Source: Aplysia californica
Taxonomy: Eukaryota
DNA: 64,000 nucleotides
NCBI RefSeq assembly: GCF_000002075.1
Contig: NW_004797290.1
Span: 2,260,123-2,324,122, forward strand
Direction of reading: 5' to 3'
Shown piece by piece: positions 50,700 to 63,945 of this stretch; position 1 is the first letter of the stretch; each line of letters opens with the position of its first letter. Made by a program: the position numbers and the translations under genes. The notes beneath the pieces are model-generated. The model worked only from the letters and a program-made list of their open reading frames with translations. It was not told where the DNA came from and made no database searches.

Positions 50700-52450
50700 G
50701 AAGTTAACTTGTGCATAATACACTAATATAGTTGCCTCCACCTAAGATCAAGGTGCTTGGAAGCTAGGAAAATATGTGATTTTACTTGATTCCACGGGGA
50801 ATCGTGATCAGGCCCACAATCAGTAAAATGATTCTCCCTTACCTTGGAATGAAATGACATGACCCCTGGATGGGTTTACAATATGACTTATGTAGAGCAA
50901 AGAGTGGTTAAAATGGTTTGGCCATAATTATGATACGAATGCCACCTAATCAGCCAGCCTGGAGAGTCTAACACTCTGGCTATAGCAGCAACAGTTGTAC
51001 AAATTTTTGCCATCCTCAAGTTTAAAATATTGTCTACTTGCAAAGAGAGGAGTATGGTACATGTACCTCTTGAAATCTTGAAAGATGTGCACTACAAGAT
51101 CTCTAATTTTAGAATTATTAAAAGTTTTGAGCCGGTCTGCTGAAGTAGGAACCTGTCGCTTAACCTTGAATTGAGATACAATGTATCTTCAAAAATGAGA
51201 TCAGTTTTGGTCCATTTTGAATTATGAATACCACTCAGTGGGGATTTCTCAACAATTTTAGATAATTCAAAGAGCTGTTTCTTGTAAACCGCTTGAAAAA
51301 ATTTTCTCAATTTATTTTCTATTTTCATTCTTCAGATATTGAAAAGTAATTTAGTGTTAACTTTGAACGCTTTTTCTTAAGTTCTTATTTTTTCCACATT
51401 TTGTTCCTTCAAAATGCAGTACATCTCAGCTTCAAGAAAAGACAATAATTGAAAGTGCATAATATTAATAACCTGAAAGATCCCAGCTTTCAGAAAAGTA
51501 CAAAAACTCAAAATAGTCCAGCGACGACAAGTTTCTGATTTCCCCAGAGACTGACTCACAATTATATTTTTACTGTAGCTACTATAGGCCCACTAGGCTA
51601 CAGGAACTTTTCACCCCCCCCCTCCCCAAGTCTATTTTGGGAAGCCTCCCCAAGTCTATTTTGGGAAGTGAGGATCATTCAAATTGAAAACCTTATGTTT
51701 GTGAAAACAGGTAAACAACACAGACAAAGAAAATGAAAAGGTCAACATATTCACTTTTTCAAAAATAAATCTATTTTTCAACGTTTTTACTACATAGATA
51801 TTCTCCCTGACCATGAACAGTCCAGCAGGCACTAACAAGTTTGACAATGGGACAGACTAAAACTGTAATAATTGGCACACTATAATACTGCAGGTAAAAT
51901 ATGATATCCCCAACACTGATGACATCCAAGACGAGTAGCAATCCATGTGACGCATTGTCAAGGAAACGTGCTCTCCAGTACAGAAGGACATTGTGAAAAA
52001 TGTTGAGATCAATGGGAACTGTGACTAGGTGACTCTGAAAACAAAAAGCCAAAAGACACGTAGATGTTAAAAGAGAGAAAAATGTACATGTACACTCATG
52101 ATTTGAAGAAGGCATGCCACTATGCCAACGAAACTTTGTATGGCACTTCCACAGACCAGCGACTAAATAAAAATATTATTAATATTTAAAATCTTGATCC
52201 AGAAATAGAAAAGTTTTTTTATTTGACCCTCTATTAAAAACCGCCCTTTTGACACATACACAGGAACTGTAAAATTAATAATTTACTGTAATCAAGCTCA
52301 CAGATTGCTCACTTTTAGACAACACCACCACGCTGCCTCCACATTTCAGTGTAAATTTGTACATTCCATCCCACAGCTGTCTAGACATCTCCACGTGGTT
52401 TCGAAAAGTACTCACCCCGTCTCTTGGGCCATGCTTCATAGGCGAGCATT
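50700..52450 (-). pseudogene. Highly decayed Penelope-like retroelement (tentative)
   Basis: Minus-strand fragments in the expected order: KVSLA*WHAFF/NHEC (about 52140-52093, cf. H..FN..C), KVFNLND (about 51690, cf. VVNLS), HPGVMSFHSKV (about 50872-50840, cf. PGVMYGLPKVHK before the RT). Family assignment from memory. Confidence 0.4.
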
Positions 52451-52568
52451 AGATTAGATTAGAGTGTGGTGTTGATGAAAATATGTTAAATTTTTTAAGT
52501 TTCAGTTTTAGGTGTTTGCTGTAAATTATCCCCAATTGTAACCTTTTTTTACCAGCTTTAGGCTTATA

Positions 52569-53384
52569 CAGTGGAATCCTGTTATAACGAGAGGGAGGGG
52601 ACCGGAGCAAACTGTCTGTTATAGCAGGATTCTCGCTATAAGGGGTCCAGTAATAAATTCAAGGGAAACTGTAAAGTAGGCCTTATCTATGAGTTTGGTG
52701 TTCTGTTTATTTCCTTTTGCTATCTCCCCTGATGACGATTTTGTTTCAACATGACCTCTAGGTCTTACTTGATCAAAAATCGAATCATGTTTCTTTCTCT
52801 AGCGCTAGATCTAGCGATGTGGACTGACAGCTCGGCGTTGGCGATCAGAAAGGAAGGGCTCTGGGCTAACTCACCCGCATTGTTTTCCCCCTCCCCACCA
52901 CACCCTGTGGTGCACTCTGTCTGCTTGCACACGTCACACATTCGCTCCATCCATCACATTGCTGTGACCTCTCCATTCCCGCATCAAAGAAGTGAGAGTG
53001 AGGCACAGTAGGCCTTGATAATCTAAACTAGGCTTGCGCTGGCTTATCACACGATGCGTTCTGCTTGTCTGCGCATGCCACACCCTCCCCACTCATTCGC
53101 TACGGCCTTCATTGTTGACACACATGGGCTCTCCTATTCTTTGTTTCGCAAGATCACCAACAAATTTCTCAACCGGCGAGGTTTTACGTTAATGTATAAT
53201 TGGCCTATGCACTATGCACGGCAGCAGCAATATTCCGCTATAACCGACTCTCATGTTTGTCTGATAGCGCTATAGCAGTACTTTGTTTACAAATGTGATG
53301 AGGAGAAAAAAACGGGGTTTTAGAATAGTGTCTTTATAACAGACTTCTCGTTTTTTCCGGACTCGTTATAAGTGGACTCCACTG
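52569..53384. mobile_element. pogo/Tigger-like MITE
   Basis: TA|CAGTGGAATCCTGTTATAACGAG ... CTCGTTATAAGTGGACTCCACTG|TA. Confidence 0.85.
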
Positions 53385-53387
53385 TAC

Positions 53388-53529
53388 TACTAATATCAAA
53401 TAAAACGTGTCGGAACTTTAGTTTGCAGTAACCTTCGTGAATGGGCTTTGATGACGAACAGAATCTGAAAGCCCATTCATGAAGGTTACTGCAAACTAAA
53501 GTTTCGACACGTTTTATTTGATATTAGTA
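53388..53529. repeat. Fold-back palindrome, 62-bp arms with an 18-nt loop
   Basis: 53388-53449 is the reverse complement of 53468-53529 apart from two G-T oppositions. Confidence 0.92.
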
Positions 53530-55669
53530 TTAGCCTAAAGCTGGTTAAAAAGGATAAATAACTAAGCAATAACTAGAGAAAATTAAACAGAGTGATTTCG
53601 TTTTTATCTGGTTTTAACTATGGTGAGACAAAAGTGAACAAGCTATAGATTAAAGATGGCAGTCGGTGCTGTGCCGTTATACCGCAAGCCCCACTGTAGT
53701 ACAAACTTAATGCTCGTCCAAAGGTAGGCGGTATAACAAGGTTTGACTTAGAAAATTCCAGTACATGAGCTTAGGTTGCTGTCAGGCGAAGGTTGCTCTT
53801 ATAGTTATAGACTGTGTTGCTTGCATACTGATAAGTGGACATCAGTGTTCAAGATAAAAAGCAGTAAAAGTAACAGAGAAGGGATAAACATGCAGGGCAA
53901 AGGGATAAACATGCAGGACAGAGAGTAGGTTTATATAATATATAAACCGACGACAATCAAGATCATGTGATGTCACAGCCTTTGTCTGTGGCTTAGCCTC
54001 CTCTGAGGTTTTGTTATTATTGTTGAGGTTACACATTATAAATGTTTTAGAATACTTTTTAACACAACAGAAAGATTTTTTTTTTTTTACCATTGATTAC
54101 AATCACTACTGCACATGACTTATTACAATCGATAACACACAAGAATACTTTACTATCGCCAATAGTATTAGTAGCAATTTATATTATATTACAAAGCCAG
54201 AGAAATTTGTGTATTACTGTTACGCAAACAATGGAAATTGGACGGTGACAAAAAATTAAATGAGCGAAAGTATATATATATTGATCTATATGCCAACATG
54301 TTAAAGTTAAAGTTAAAGCACTACTTTTCTTAATAAATCAAAACATTTTCACTACTTTGCACTTTTAAGAAAGAAATACATGAAGCAGAGCCAAAGCTCA
54401 TTGTTTCCTATTTGATTAAAATGCCTTAAAACAGAAGTATTTAAATTATAATTTTTACCTTCTCCTCAATCATACAAAGTATTTATACCAGATGTAAAGA
54501 GTAGGCCCCTACTCAATAAAAAAATGCAAGATATATTCAGAAAACTTACCAATGAATCAGAATATTTTTGCACACACTTTACGACTTGCTTCTCCAAAGA
54601 ATAAGCAAGGAGGAGTCCATGGGCCATAACCACTGTCCATGTTCCAATGACTATCAGGAGGCACGTCCTGTTAAAACCAAAGTCATAAATTTTTTATTTT
54701 TTGTACCGTACATATATGTTTCAAATTGTAAAACAGACAATCTATCCTCTTATACCTAACCCTGTGAAGGCATAATAGTAACTGTCCATGAAATGTGAGT
54801 ATATTAACTCCAAAGTTTTGTCTCACCCTGCATTGTAGGCCTAGGCCTACTACCGCAGTCAAACTAAAATCGAACTTTGGTCTCACTATCAGAGATAAAA
54901 AACTTAACAGCAACAGAGCTGGGACACCAAAAGGAATTGGGGAGTATTTCTGTCACTAGGTCAGTCAGTAGAATGAAGAATTGAGTCTGTTATTGCAAAA
55001 AAATTTTGGTTTATGATTATAAGAAATGCAAAAATTTCTCATACAGGTACATAATTTTTTATAAAGCAGCTAAATTCATAAATTCAAAACATTCATGACT
55101 TAAACATCATCAATAAAAATGAATTTGGGCATAGTTAATTTGTTGGGTTTCTTTTGTCAGAAAATGTATAGGTATAGGATAGGCCATTTTGACTAGAGCG
55201 CATTGTAGTGTAACCTTACACCTGTTTTTTTTTCATACTCATACATATATATATATATGGAAGAAAATGAAAGGAAGTACATATAGCTGGGTGCACCCAC
55301 TACAAATGTTTAATAAACTTTTCCTTTTAGACTCTCAATACCAAACTTGCCCCTAAGGTCTCAACTTAGTTCTTCCTCTAACGCTTCATCCGAAGTAAAG
55401 GCATTTGTCTGGGTACAGCAACTACACAAAACCTCCTCATTTCTGTTCTGACTATGACAATGAAAGAGATAATAATTTGACACAAAAAAAAAAAGCCGTT
55501 TAGAATCTAGTTTATTTGAAAGACAATGACAGATGCACTTTTGGAAAATGTTTAAAACGCCAGTTTTGATTCTGGTTCATGAAATGGTCTCTTTTTAGAT
55601 TTGGAACATATTAATTAGAAACCAGTCTAAAAATTGACTTTTTCATGAATCAGAGTCTAAAGACGAATG

Positions 55670-56154
55670 GTAGCAATCTGGGAAGGCAGCACATTATAAA
55701 AATAAACAAGTTGATAAGAAAGGCATCAAGAACAATTGGTAGAGACCTAAGTAACTTTGAATATCTGCACAAGACAAACGTTCTAAAAAAGGCGGAAATA
55801 GTGCTTAGTGACCATAGCCACCCACTGACATCAGAATTTCAACTATCAACCCGCAGTAAAGGATACATTTCCAAAAAAGCAAGAACAGACAGATATAGAT
55901 TCATTCGTACCAACTGCAGTGAGGTTACTGAACACACAGTGCTACAAATGAAACAGAGAGAGAGAGAATGAATGTTTTACGGAGCGGTTGTCCCAGCCCG
56001 TGAGACATGTATTTACTTAGCCTAATGTCCTGTCTTGTTGTGCGTTTGCGTGAGTGCACCTTTAAGTCTAACTTTTGTAACGTCTACTGCCATTGTTAAC
56101 GACCAAGACAAATTTCTCCCTGCAAGATGAATAAAGATTGTCATTGTCATTGTC
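55670..56154 (+). mobile_element. 3' end of a Rex1/Babar (CR1-group) LINE
   Basis: LIRKASRTIG...KKAEIVLSDHSHPLTSEFQLS...KARTDRYR resembles the C-terminus downstream of the RT. Tail CAAGACAAATTTC...GAATAAAG(ATTGTC)3. Confidence 0.75.
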
Positions 56155-56829
56155 AAATATATATAGGCTACTCAAAGTTTCACTCACCATTTTCTGATTC
56201 TTGAAGGTGTTAACTTGTTCTTGGCCAGTATGTTGTCTAGTAGGTAGTATACTAGCACACCTAGTCCTATAAGATAGCTAAAGATATAAAGCTGATAACT
56301 CGATGTCGTCACCGGCATATTGAAATATGATTGAACTTGATTCTGAAAAGGACATAACAAAAATCTCATAAATATCAAATGATATAACTATAACCATAAA
56401 TGAATACTGTGCTTTACCCTTTGCAAGGACCATACAGAGTGTAAAACGAAAGACCTCACGGTTACTGTTTTGCAGATGATCAAAGAGAAGGACTGATAAA
56501 TTTAACACACTTAGATTCCGTTATTATTAAGGTCCTTTTGCTTTTATGCTTGCTCTGTACATCACCGATGTGCTCTAACCATATTATATACATGTAAATT
56601 GGTGTATTTAGTCTGATTCAGGCTTTCTTAAGATAACTTTATGAGAACATTGTTTTGCTTTAGTAAGATTTTTACAGCACTTGCAACACAATTAGGTGAC
56701 ATAAGTGCCGAAGATAAGAGGTGTTACTTTTAAAGAGTAACATACAAAGAAAAGAAGGAGGAGTTAAGGACGACAGATATATGACACAAAAGTCGGGACA
56801 AACCACACCAGAAATCAAAGTCCACAAAG

Positions 56830-57712
56830 CAGGGTTGGTGATTTTTTTGATTTTTAAAATTTAAATCAGATTTTTTTGATTTTCTAAAAAATGTCGACAC
56901 AGTTTGGGATTTTTGGTGGCTAAAAGTATGTTCTTTTAGTGCAGAATGCATTGTCTTTATTTTAACTAATGATTAATATAAGCAACTGCAAAAGAAAGCC
57001 TTAATCTGCTATTATCAGTGAATTATGGCTACAGACAAAAAAATGAAGAAAATGTCAGTCTAAAAGGAAAGGGGGGGAGGGGGTAATTATGCATAGATAA
57101 ACTTGTATTTTATTACAGTATGCGTGTGTGTGTGTGCGCGCTTGTGTTTGTCTAAAAAGAAAAAGAAAATGCCAATTTCAATTATGAAAAAAAAGTAAAT
57201 TGAATACTGTATTAATTAACTACTTACAGTGACAGGGGGGAAAGCAGACTTTTAAGCATGATTATTATATTAGTCTACTAAACCTTATATCTGTTTTATA
57301 AAACCAAGGAAAGGAATTCTGAATGTTTAAAGACGTAAAAACAATACATTTTTAAAAAGTGATTGAAATCACTGAGGTTTATTTTTAAAATCCAAGTTGA
57401 TTTAAATTTTTAAAAATCAACTGATTTAAATCAACCCAGCTCTGATTTCAACATGGGGAAAAAAGTAAATTGAATACTGTATTATTTTACAGTGACAGGG
57501 GGAAAGCAGACTTTTAAGCATGATTATATTAGTGTACTAAACCTTATATCTGTTTTATGAAACCTAGTAAAGGAATTCTGAATGTTGAAATATGTAAAAA
57601 CTTAATAAAAATAAATTTTAAAAAAAAGTAATTTAAATCACTGATTTTTATTTTAAAAATCAAGTTGATTTACATTTTTTTAAATCAACTGATTTAAATC
57701 AACCCAACCCTG
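56830..57712. mobile_element. Non-autonomous hAT element with a duplicated right end
   Basis: CAGGGTTGG ... CCAACCCTG termini with a perfect 8-bp duplication CCACAAAG (56822-56829 and 57713-57720). The last 270 bp or so are tandemly duplicated (about 57175-57443 and 57444-57712). Confidence 0.88.
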
Positions 57713-60477
57713 CCACAAAGAGTCAAGAAGTAGCCTACACACCTACAGGCAAAAGAAGAACAGGAAAACCAAAGAACTTCAGGAAAGAAAAGTCAAAAAA
57801 AGACCTACAAACAACAAATGGAAAAGACGGTTAAGAGGCTCACTAAGCTGCATAGAAAAAACTGTAGGTCCAGGTGACTTGTCACACAGGATAAATCTAA
57901 TATTTACTCTTCACCTGTCAACAACAGTAGTACTAGTATACAATTTACAACAGCCAATCATTTTAATTTCTAAATCGACCTGCTTGCTAACCAATAAAAA
58001 AATTGTGAATACTTAATAAAACCAGTCTAAATTCTATAAACCATCCTGTCAGACCTTTCTTCTATAATACATTTGTTAAGTAGTTACATCATGTAGTTGT
58101 CTGTAATATCCTTTGACTCACTAGTGAAACTGATTTTGCATCATGTGTACAGATGAAGACTGGGATTTCAAAAGTTCGCCATGGCGATCGACCTACCTTT
58201 TTCTAACTTCTGATTGTCCAAGAATTATTTCTATTATAATAAAAAAGTTCAAGAATTCCAAATACAAGATACATTTCTCCTTTTGTGTGTAATTATAACA
58301 AAAATATACCATGTTTAGTGTTATTCTTTAATTGTCCAAGAAACTTACAGTCAACTCAAGAAGTCCAGTGTGCCACAGCAAGACTTGAGTCCGAAGTTGC
58401 TCTTCATTTGTAGTCCTCAATATACTATTATTGGTACAAAACGTCTGTACCAGGGTAGTATAATTCTGTAGCTTTTGGAAAGAGTCACCTTCAAACGGGA
58501 AAGACAAATACACAATGAAATGGTTTTAAAGAATCTAATTATGGTGAACGTTTTCATGAAAAGCATATTTTACATGGCCTCAGAGTCAGAGCCTGTTGTA
58601 CCGTAAGGTTCAGGTAGACTGGAAATACAAATTACAGCCACAGCTTTACTGACAATTAAGTTCCTACAAAACAAACATTATTCATGACAACAAACACAAA
58701 ATCAGTAAGTTATATAATTTTATACAGTCTAGCAGCCACATTGTGAAATCAGTGGGACGTGGAAATCTTTTCGTTCTGTACGACATTCCCCTTCGCTGTG
58801 TTCATGTTTTGAATACAAATATTATACACACATATTAAATGGATTCACCGAACCACACTCTCATCCCCCCCCCCTCCAAAACCCCCCAAACCTAATATCT
58901 TACTCTTAATATTGCCCTTCTTTCGCCCTTCATCTATCAAACAAACAGCCTGTGGGACTCCTGACTGTAAGATCTTGTTCTAAGAAAATACCCCCTCTGT
59001 AATGTATAATAAGTTTACAAGCATTGAATAAAACTCCCAAACCTTTTCCCATTTGATAACACTTTACAGTACATTTTACTGATTTGTACAGCTTATACCC
59101 ACAACTATCGTTAACTAAATCCTACGCAGTTCTGAAATAAACTCCTTCACCCTTAGAGAAGGGGCATAACTCCATATAAAATTACAGTGTTGCATGCACA
59201 TATATCGAACAAGCACATAGCAAACAGATTTTCAAGTTTTGAATTTTTTCATGTATATATGTACAAACGTACAGTCAGGCACAGCTAACAGTAACACGAA
59301 CACTCAAAACTCTAAATCAATGATAGATCTTAACTATGCCAATCCCCGACTGAACAGCAATATTTTCTTTGTATTGGTAACACTGCGTCCTCAAAAACCC
59401 GTACCGGTACAAGTTTGTCTCTTGTCAAAAAAATATGATCAAATTTTTCTTCACAATTGTCTCTAATTCAAATCACTCTGTACTCACAATGGAAAACTAT
59501 ACACCCATCATTAAATTATTGAGAATATCAGATTACATGAGCCCACCACGCTTGCCCCTGGACAATGTGATCACGCAATTCTTTCATTGAGACACATCAT
59601 GGCACATTACCTGTTGTGCGTTTAATACCCAGTGCCCATTAACACGATCGGTTCGGTTTGGTTCGGTTAGCTAGCCAGATTGAGGGCGCAAGGCGGCTAT
59701 CGTGGCACAAACCGATCGCCTGACTCGTCGCTTAAAAAACAAATGCGTTTGTTTTCAGGTGTTGAATCGGGCGATCATTTTGTATTAGAGAACCCCAATG
59801 GGCACTCCATATTAGACATTACAAATTCACTGAACTTGTCATGTGAGGGTGGGCGCTGGGTGGTGGGGTGTTATTGAAGAAAGATATTGTGGTGCTGCAC
59901 TGGGCCATACGGTGTATGAATTTTATGTTTGTATACACGAGTGTGTGTGCGTGCGTGTGTGTGTGTGTGGTTGTTTGAACATGAAGGTATGGACCCGAGG
60001 TGATTACACTTACACAGCTTACACAAGAAGCGTGGGTGGCTCTGGTTAGATCGTCCTGATCATGATCTGACGTAAGAGCCATCTTATCTTAGTCATATAA
60101 GGCTCATCAGAAACACTCTTCCTTTCTCTTGCCTCAACACCAAACAAGGTACATGCAGATCCATCCCTCCGTCTGTTTATCAATACCAGGTACTTTTCAT
60201 GACCGAGGGGAAAAGAAAAATTAATTGTCTGACAATAGAAACCAAGCACCAAGTTTTAGCAGAAGTTGACAGGAATTCCTGCACTTAGAGAGAAATTTGT
60301 AAAACTAATTAGAGATTTTGTATCTCCAAATCAACCCTTTCCCCGTTTTAAAAGAAAAATCAAGATAAAATCTTAATGCCAGCATCAGATGTCAACCCGA
60401 CAGAAAGCAAGCACACACTGCCATATTTCAGAACATCCAGCTCACATTGTTTCAATGGTTCCAGCAAGCTGTGCCAT

Positions 60478-63400
60478 CTATCTTGCATCCCATTCTGATG
60501 ATAAAAGCAGACGAAACTGCAAAGAAACTTGGCCCTGACTTCTCATAAAACACAGGATGGTTGGAAGGGTTGAAAAAGAGACACACCGTCACTCACACAG
60601 CTGTCTATAGAGAATCATGTGCTCCAGTAAATCCTATACAGAGATTTAACTCCCGAGCGTTGTGCCTGTACCGTGAGTAACTTCCCTTGGTTTTCTTCAA
60701 TATCTCTCTAATTTCCCCTTTTATCTTTTATCACATTTATCAACCCTTAACCTGTTTGAGTTTACTGTGCCCTAATATATTCTTTGTATTTAAAACACTT
60801 AAAATAGAAATTCGTAATTACGAAAAGACTTCCACTGATTTAGCCATATGCGTACTATACTGTATGTAACATTTAAAATCAATTGTCTACAAAAACAACC
60901 AAACATAATAAATATGTATATATATATCAATAAACTGCAAAAGATTGGCCTTATCAGGTCACTTACCATGCAATGTCTGTAGTATTAGCTTTGTAAATAT
61001 ACACAGTGCAACTGCTTGAAGTGAAAGCTTCACAACCTCTGATTTGCTTAGCCTCATCTCCTTCATGTTGGGCCATAAAGACACACCTCCTCCAGTTTGC
61101 AGCTGGTCACTTCTTTTGCGAATAGCATTGTGTTTACGTATTAGCTGGCGCTGCTTCTCTCTCATAGCTCCTGAAACAAAAAAAACGAAAGGATGGATGA
61201 CGGAGAGACCAACAAAGGGATTGATTCTAAAAGAAAAACTGCTCTTTTGAACAGCAGTAAGAGCATGACCAGTTATGTTTGTAAAAAGGCAATGAAAGAA
61301 TTCAGGTTTGTTACAGAAGAACACTTTGGACATTTTCTTTTAAAATTAAAACATTTCCTTCATGGTAGTACAAATATAGTCAAACCTCATTATACCATCC
61401 CCTTGTTATACCACCAGCCCCACTTACCGCCAGGTATTGCCAATGTATGAAAAGGAACGCCTTTATAAACATAGTATTCGGGCCTTTACACCACCATCCA
61501 GAGTTAAAAACCTGTACCTGTACAGGGTCCTGGACTCACATATATATATTCTACCTTAGCTTCTAATCCGACAGGAATTTTCAATTCGGATTTATGTAAA
61601 ATTCAGCTGGAGCTGTATTTGTAACTGGTAGCTAGTTTTCTTTTCCCCCTACGTTTGGCAATCATGCAAGACAGATCTGCATGAGGCAAGACTGGCCAGT
61701 TTTCTTTTAAGCTCTAGACTTTATTAGTCTTTACCAGTCGACCACTAGTCAAGACAGCAGTTGGTGCTATTTAACAGAGAACATTAAAAACCTGTATACC
61801 AGCAGCTCAGCTGTTCTGCCAACTTCAAGCTCTTCCTAAGGCAGGTGGTATCTGGGCTCAACTGTACTCTTCTCCACCATCCCCCAAAAATTATTGCCAA
61901 AAAGTATTTGTTGAAAGAGCTTTAGTGTGCAAAAGATGTTTCAGAGTAAGTTGTAATTTCTCGATACATCAATATTCACTTTAAAAAATAAAGCATGGGG
62001 ATAGATTTAAACATGTTTTGGGGTGCTACATGCAGGGGCGAAGGCTGACTTGTTTGACAGGGTAATCAAAGTGAAACGGGACCAGATATAGATCTATATG
62101 GCCTGTAGATATCACAGAAGAATCTTACTCGAGGCGGCGACTCTGAGTTGTGAATGAAAACAAATCCGGAATTCATATTGTATGTTCAACCGCCAAAATA
62201 ATCGGGAAAGTATCTTATTAAACATCAGTTCCAACTAAAATTAAATTAACTTTAGATGTGAACACATAAACACAAAGCAAAGAAGCAGAGATGTCAGTAC
62301 TAAATCTATATGTTATAGACCTACCAGAGAGTCTAACTCTTTGGTAGAACATGACAATTATCATTTTTTAAATTTCACATTTGACTGTTTTTGTTAGCCT
62401 TTCGCGGCCAGGAGCTGGTGTCATAATCGAGGTCACGATCTGATTATAGGACAGTAAAAAGTCGAGGAAAAAAAACAAGCACATGCAGCAGTAAAGAGAT
62501 TGTTAGGAGTTAGTTCCCCTCACATTTGTGAGGTAGACTCGACCAGTGTTCGTTAGCTTACTTAATCAGGGCTTGGGATTGATTATAACTGTGGCCCCAA
62601 AGGGGTGAACAGGGTATATGTGGCAATGAAACAGCCATGACTGCTATGCACATGTTCCCTCAACTGTATTGGCATTGGTAGACTCTTCCAGCCTCACTTT
62701 AAGCTTACTTAATCAAAGCTTGCGACTGCTTATGGAGTGGCCTGAGAGGGGTGAGGAGGCTATTTGTGTGGCCGTGAAACCGTTTTGAATGTTAGGCATA
62801 CTCATTGTGGATTACGAACCTCTTTTTACTTTTAATTTAAGAGGTTTACGTTTAAGGATGAATTTGACAGTGACAATGTTTCAAAATTAGGAAGGGAAGC
62901 AGTGATTATTTGATTATATAGACGCTTCGCCCCTGGCTACATGTACTGATTTATATTCAATGAAAAATTTGAAGGCATAATTGATCATTGATTCAACATA
63001 ACCTTTACTATCTATCAAAATTAGAGGAATGATAACTGTTACTGAAAACAAATACAATTATTTTAAAGATTATTTACTGGTACCCTTAAAAAGAACCATA
63101 AAAATGAAAATGAGTTAGTAGATAAGCAGTTCTTCCCTTTTTATTCAACACACACATAATTAAGAGCAGAGACAATGTCTTTACCTGGAGTCATTCTAAG
63201 CCTTGCCAATCCTGGACTGACTTTGTCATCTACAAATGAAGCAACAGTGCTTATACTGCCCACTCCTGTGTACCTCCAAGGTGGAGGTGTACAAAGGCTA
63301 CTACTGGTGACATCATAATGATTTCCAGAAATAACATTTTCCTCCTTGCCGTTACTGAAAATGCGAGTACTTGTTTTGACGACAACATCAGGAGTTCTTC

Positions 63401-63600
63401 GATCTGAGGTACCCGACTGAACCGGCGACCTCCCAGGTCTTGAACTCGACTGAAGTGGGGATTTCCCAAGTCTTGACCGCAGATAGCAGTGAGCAAATCT
63501 TGTTTTTGGTGTTGCCTGGTACACAGGTTCCTGTACACCTGACTGACAACCAACAATCTGGGGCTGCGAATCACTTGTCATCATGTCATGCCCAAAAAAC
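60478..63600 (-). CDS. 3' part of an unidentified protein-coding gene (5' exons lie outside the window)
   Basis: Phase-compatible exons 63600-63185 (Ser/Pro-rich, FFGHDMMTSD...RMTP), 61170-60967 (GAMREKQRQLIRKHNAIRKRSDQL...EVVKLSLQAVALCIFTKLILQTLH) and a probable last exon 60494-60478 (EWDAR*). Good pyrimidine tracts and gtaag/gtaaa donors. The last exon is less certain because another acceptor lies about 22 nt upstream. Family not recognised. Confidence 0.65.
61377..61864. mobile_element. Tc1/pogo-type MITE, same family as 49205-50683
   Basis: AGTCAAACCTCATTATACCATCCCC ... GGTGGTATCTGGGCTCAACTG|TA, plus the shared internal block. Confidence 0.65.
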
Positions 63601-63647
63601 CTGAAAAACAAACATTTTTATAGTAGTAAGTAATCAGTTATACAGTA

Positions 63648-63945
63648 ATGAATAAAGTTCAGACTTTCATCAACAGATGTATGAGGAGTATCCTAAGAAT
63701 TAAGTGGCAGGATAGAATAAGAAATGAAGAGCTGTGGGAAAGGACAGGGCAAAAGGACAGAAAGGATAAAGGAAAGGAAAGGATATATATAAAAGTACAT
63801 ATAGATAGGACTAAGAAAGTGGCGATGGATAGGACACACCTTCAGAAAGCCCAGCAGAAACATCACAAGACAGTCGCTGCAGTGGAACCCACAGGGAGCA
63901 TGAGGCAGGGGTAGGCCACGGGAAACATAGAGGGGATGTGGAAAA
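63648..63945 (+). mobile_element. 3' fragment of an RTE-clade LINE ORF
   Basis: KVQTFINRCMRSILRIKWQDRIRNEELWERTGQ, then after a frameshift [33 protein letters not shown]: the typical RTE C-terminus. Confidence 0.85.

Noticed and set aside
53443-53474. Active hammerhead ribozyme in the palindrome loop (TTGATGA...GAAA)
   Set aside because: The core lacks the C of CUGANGA, and stem II and the cleavage triplet do not form.
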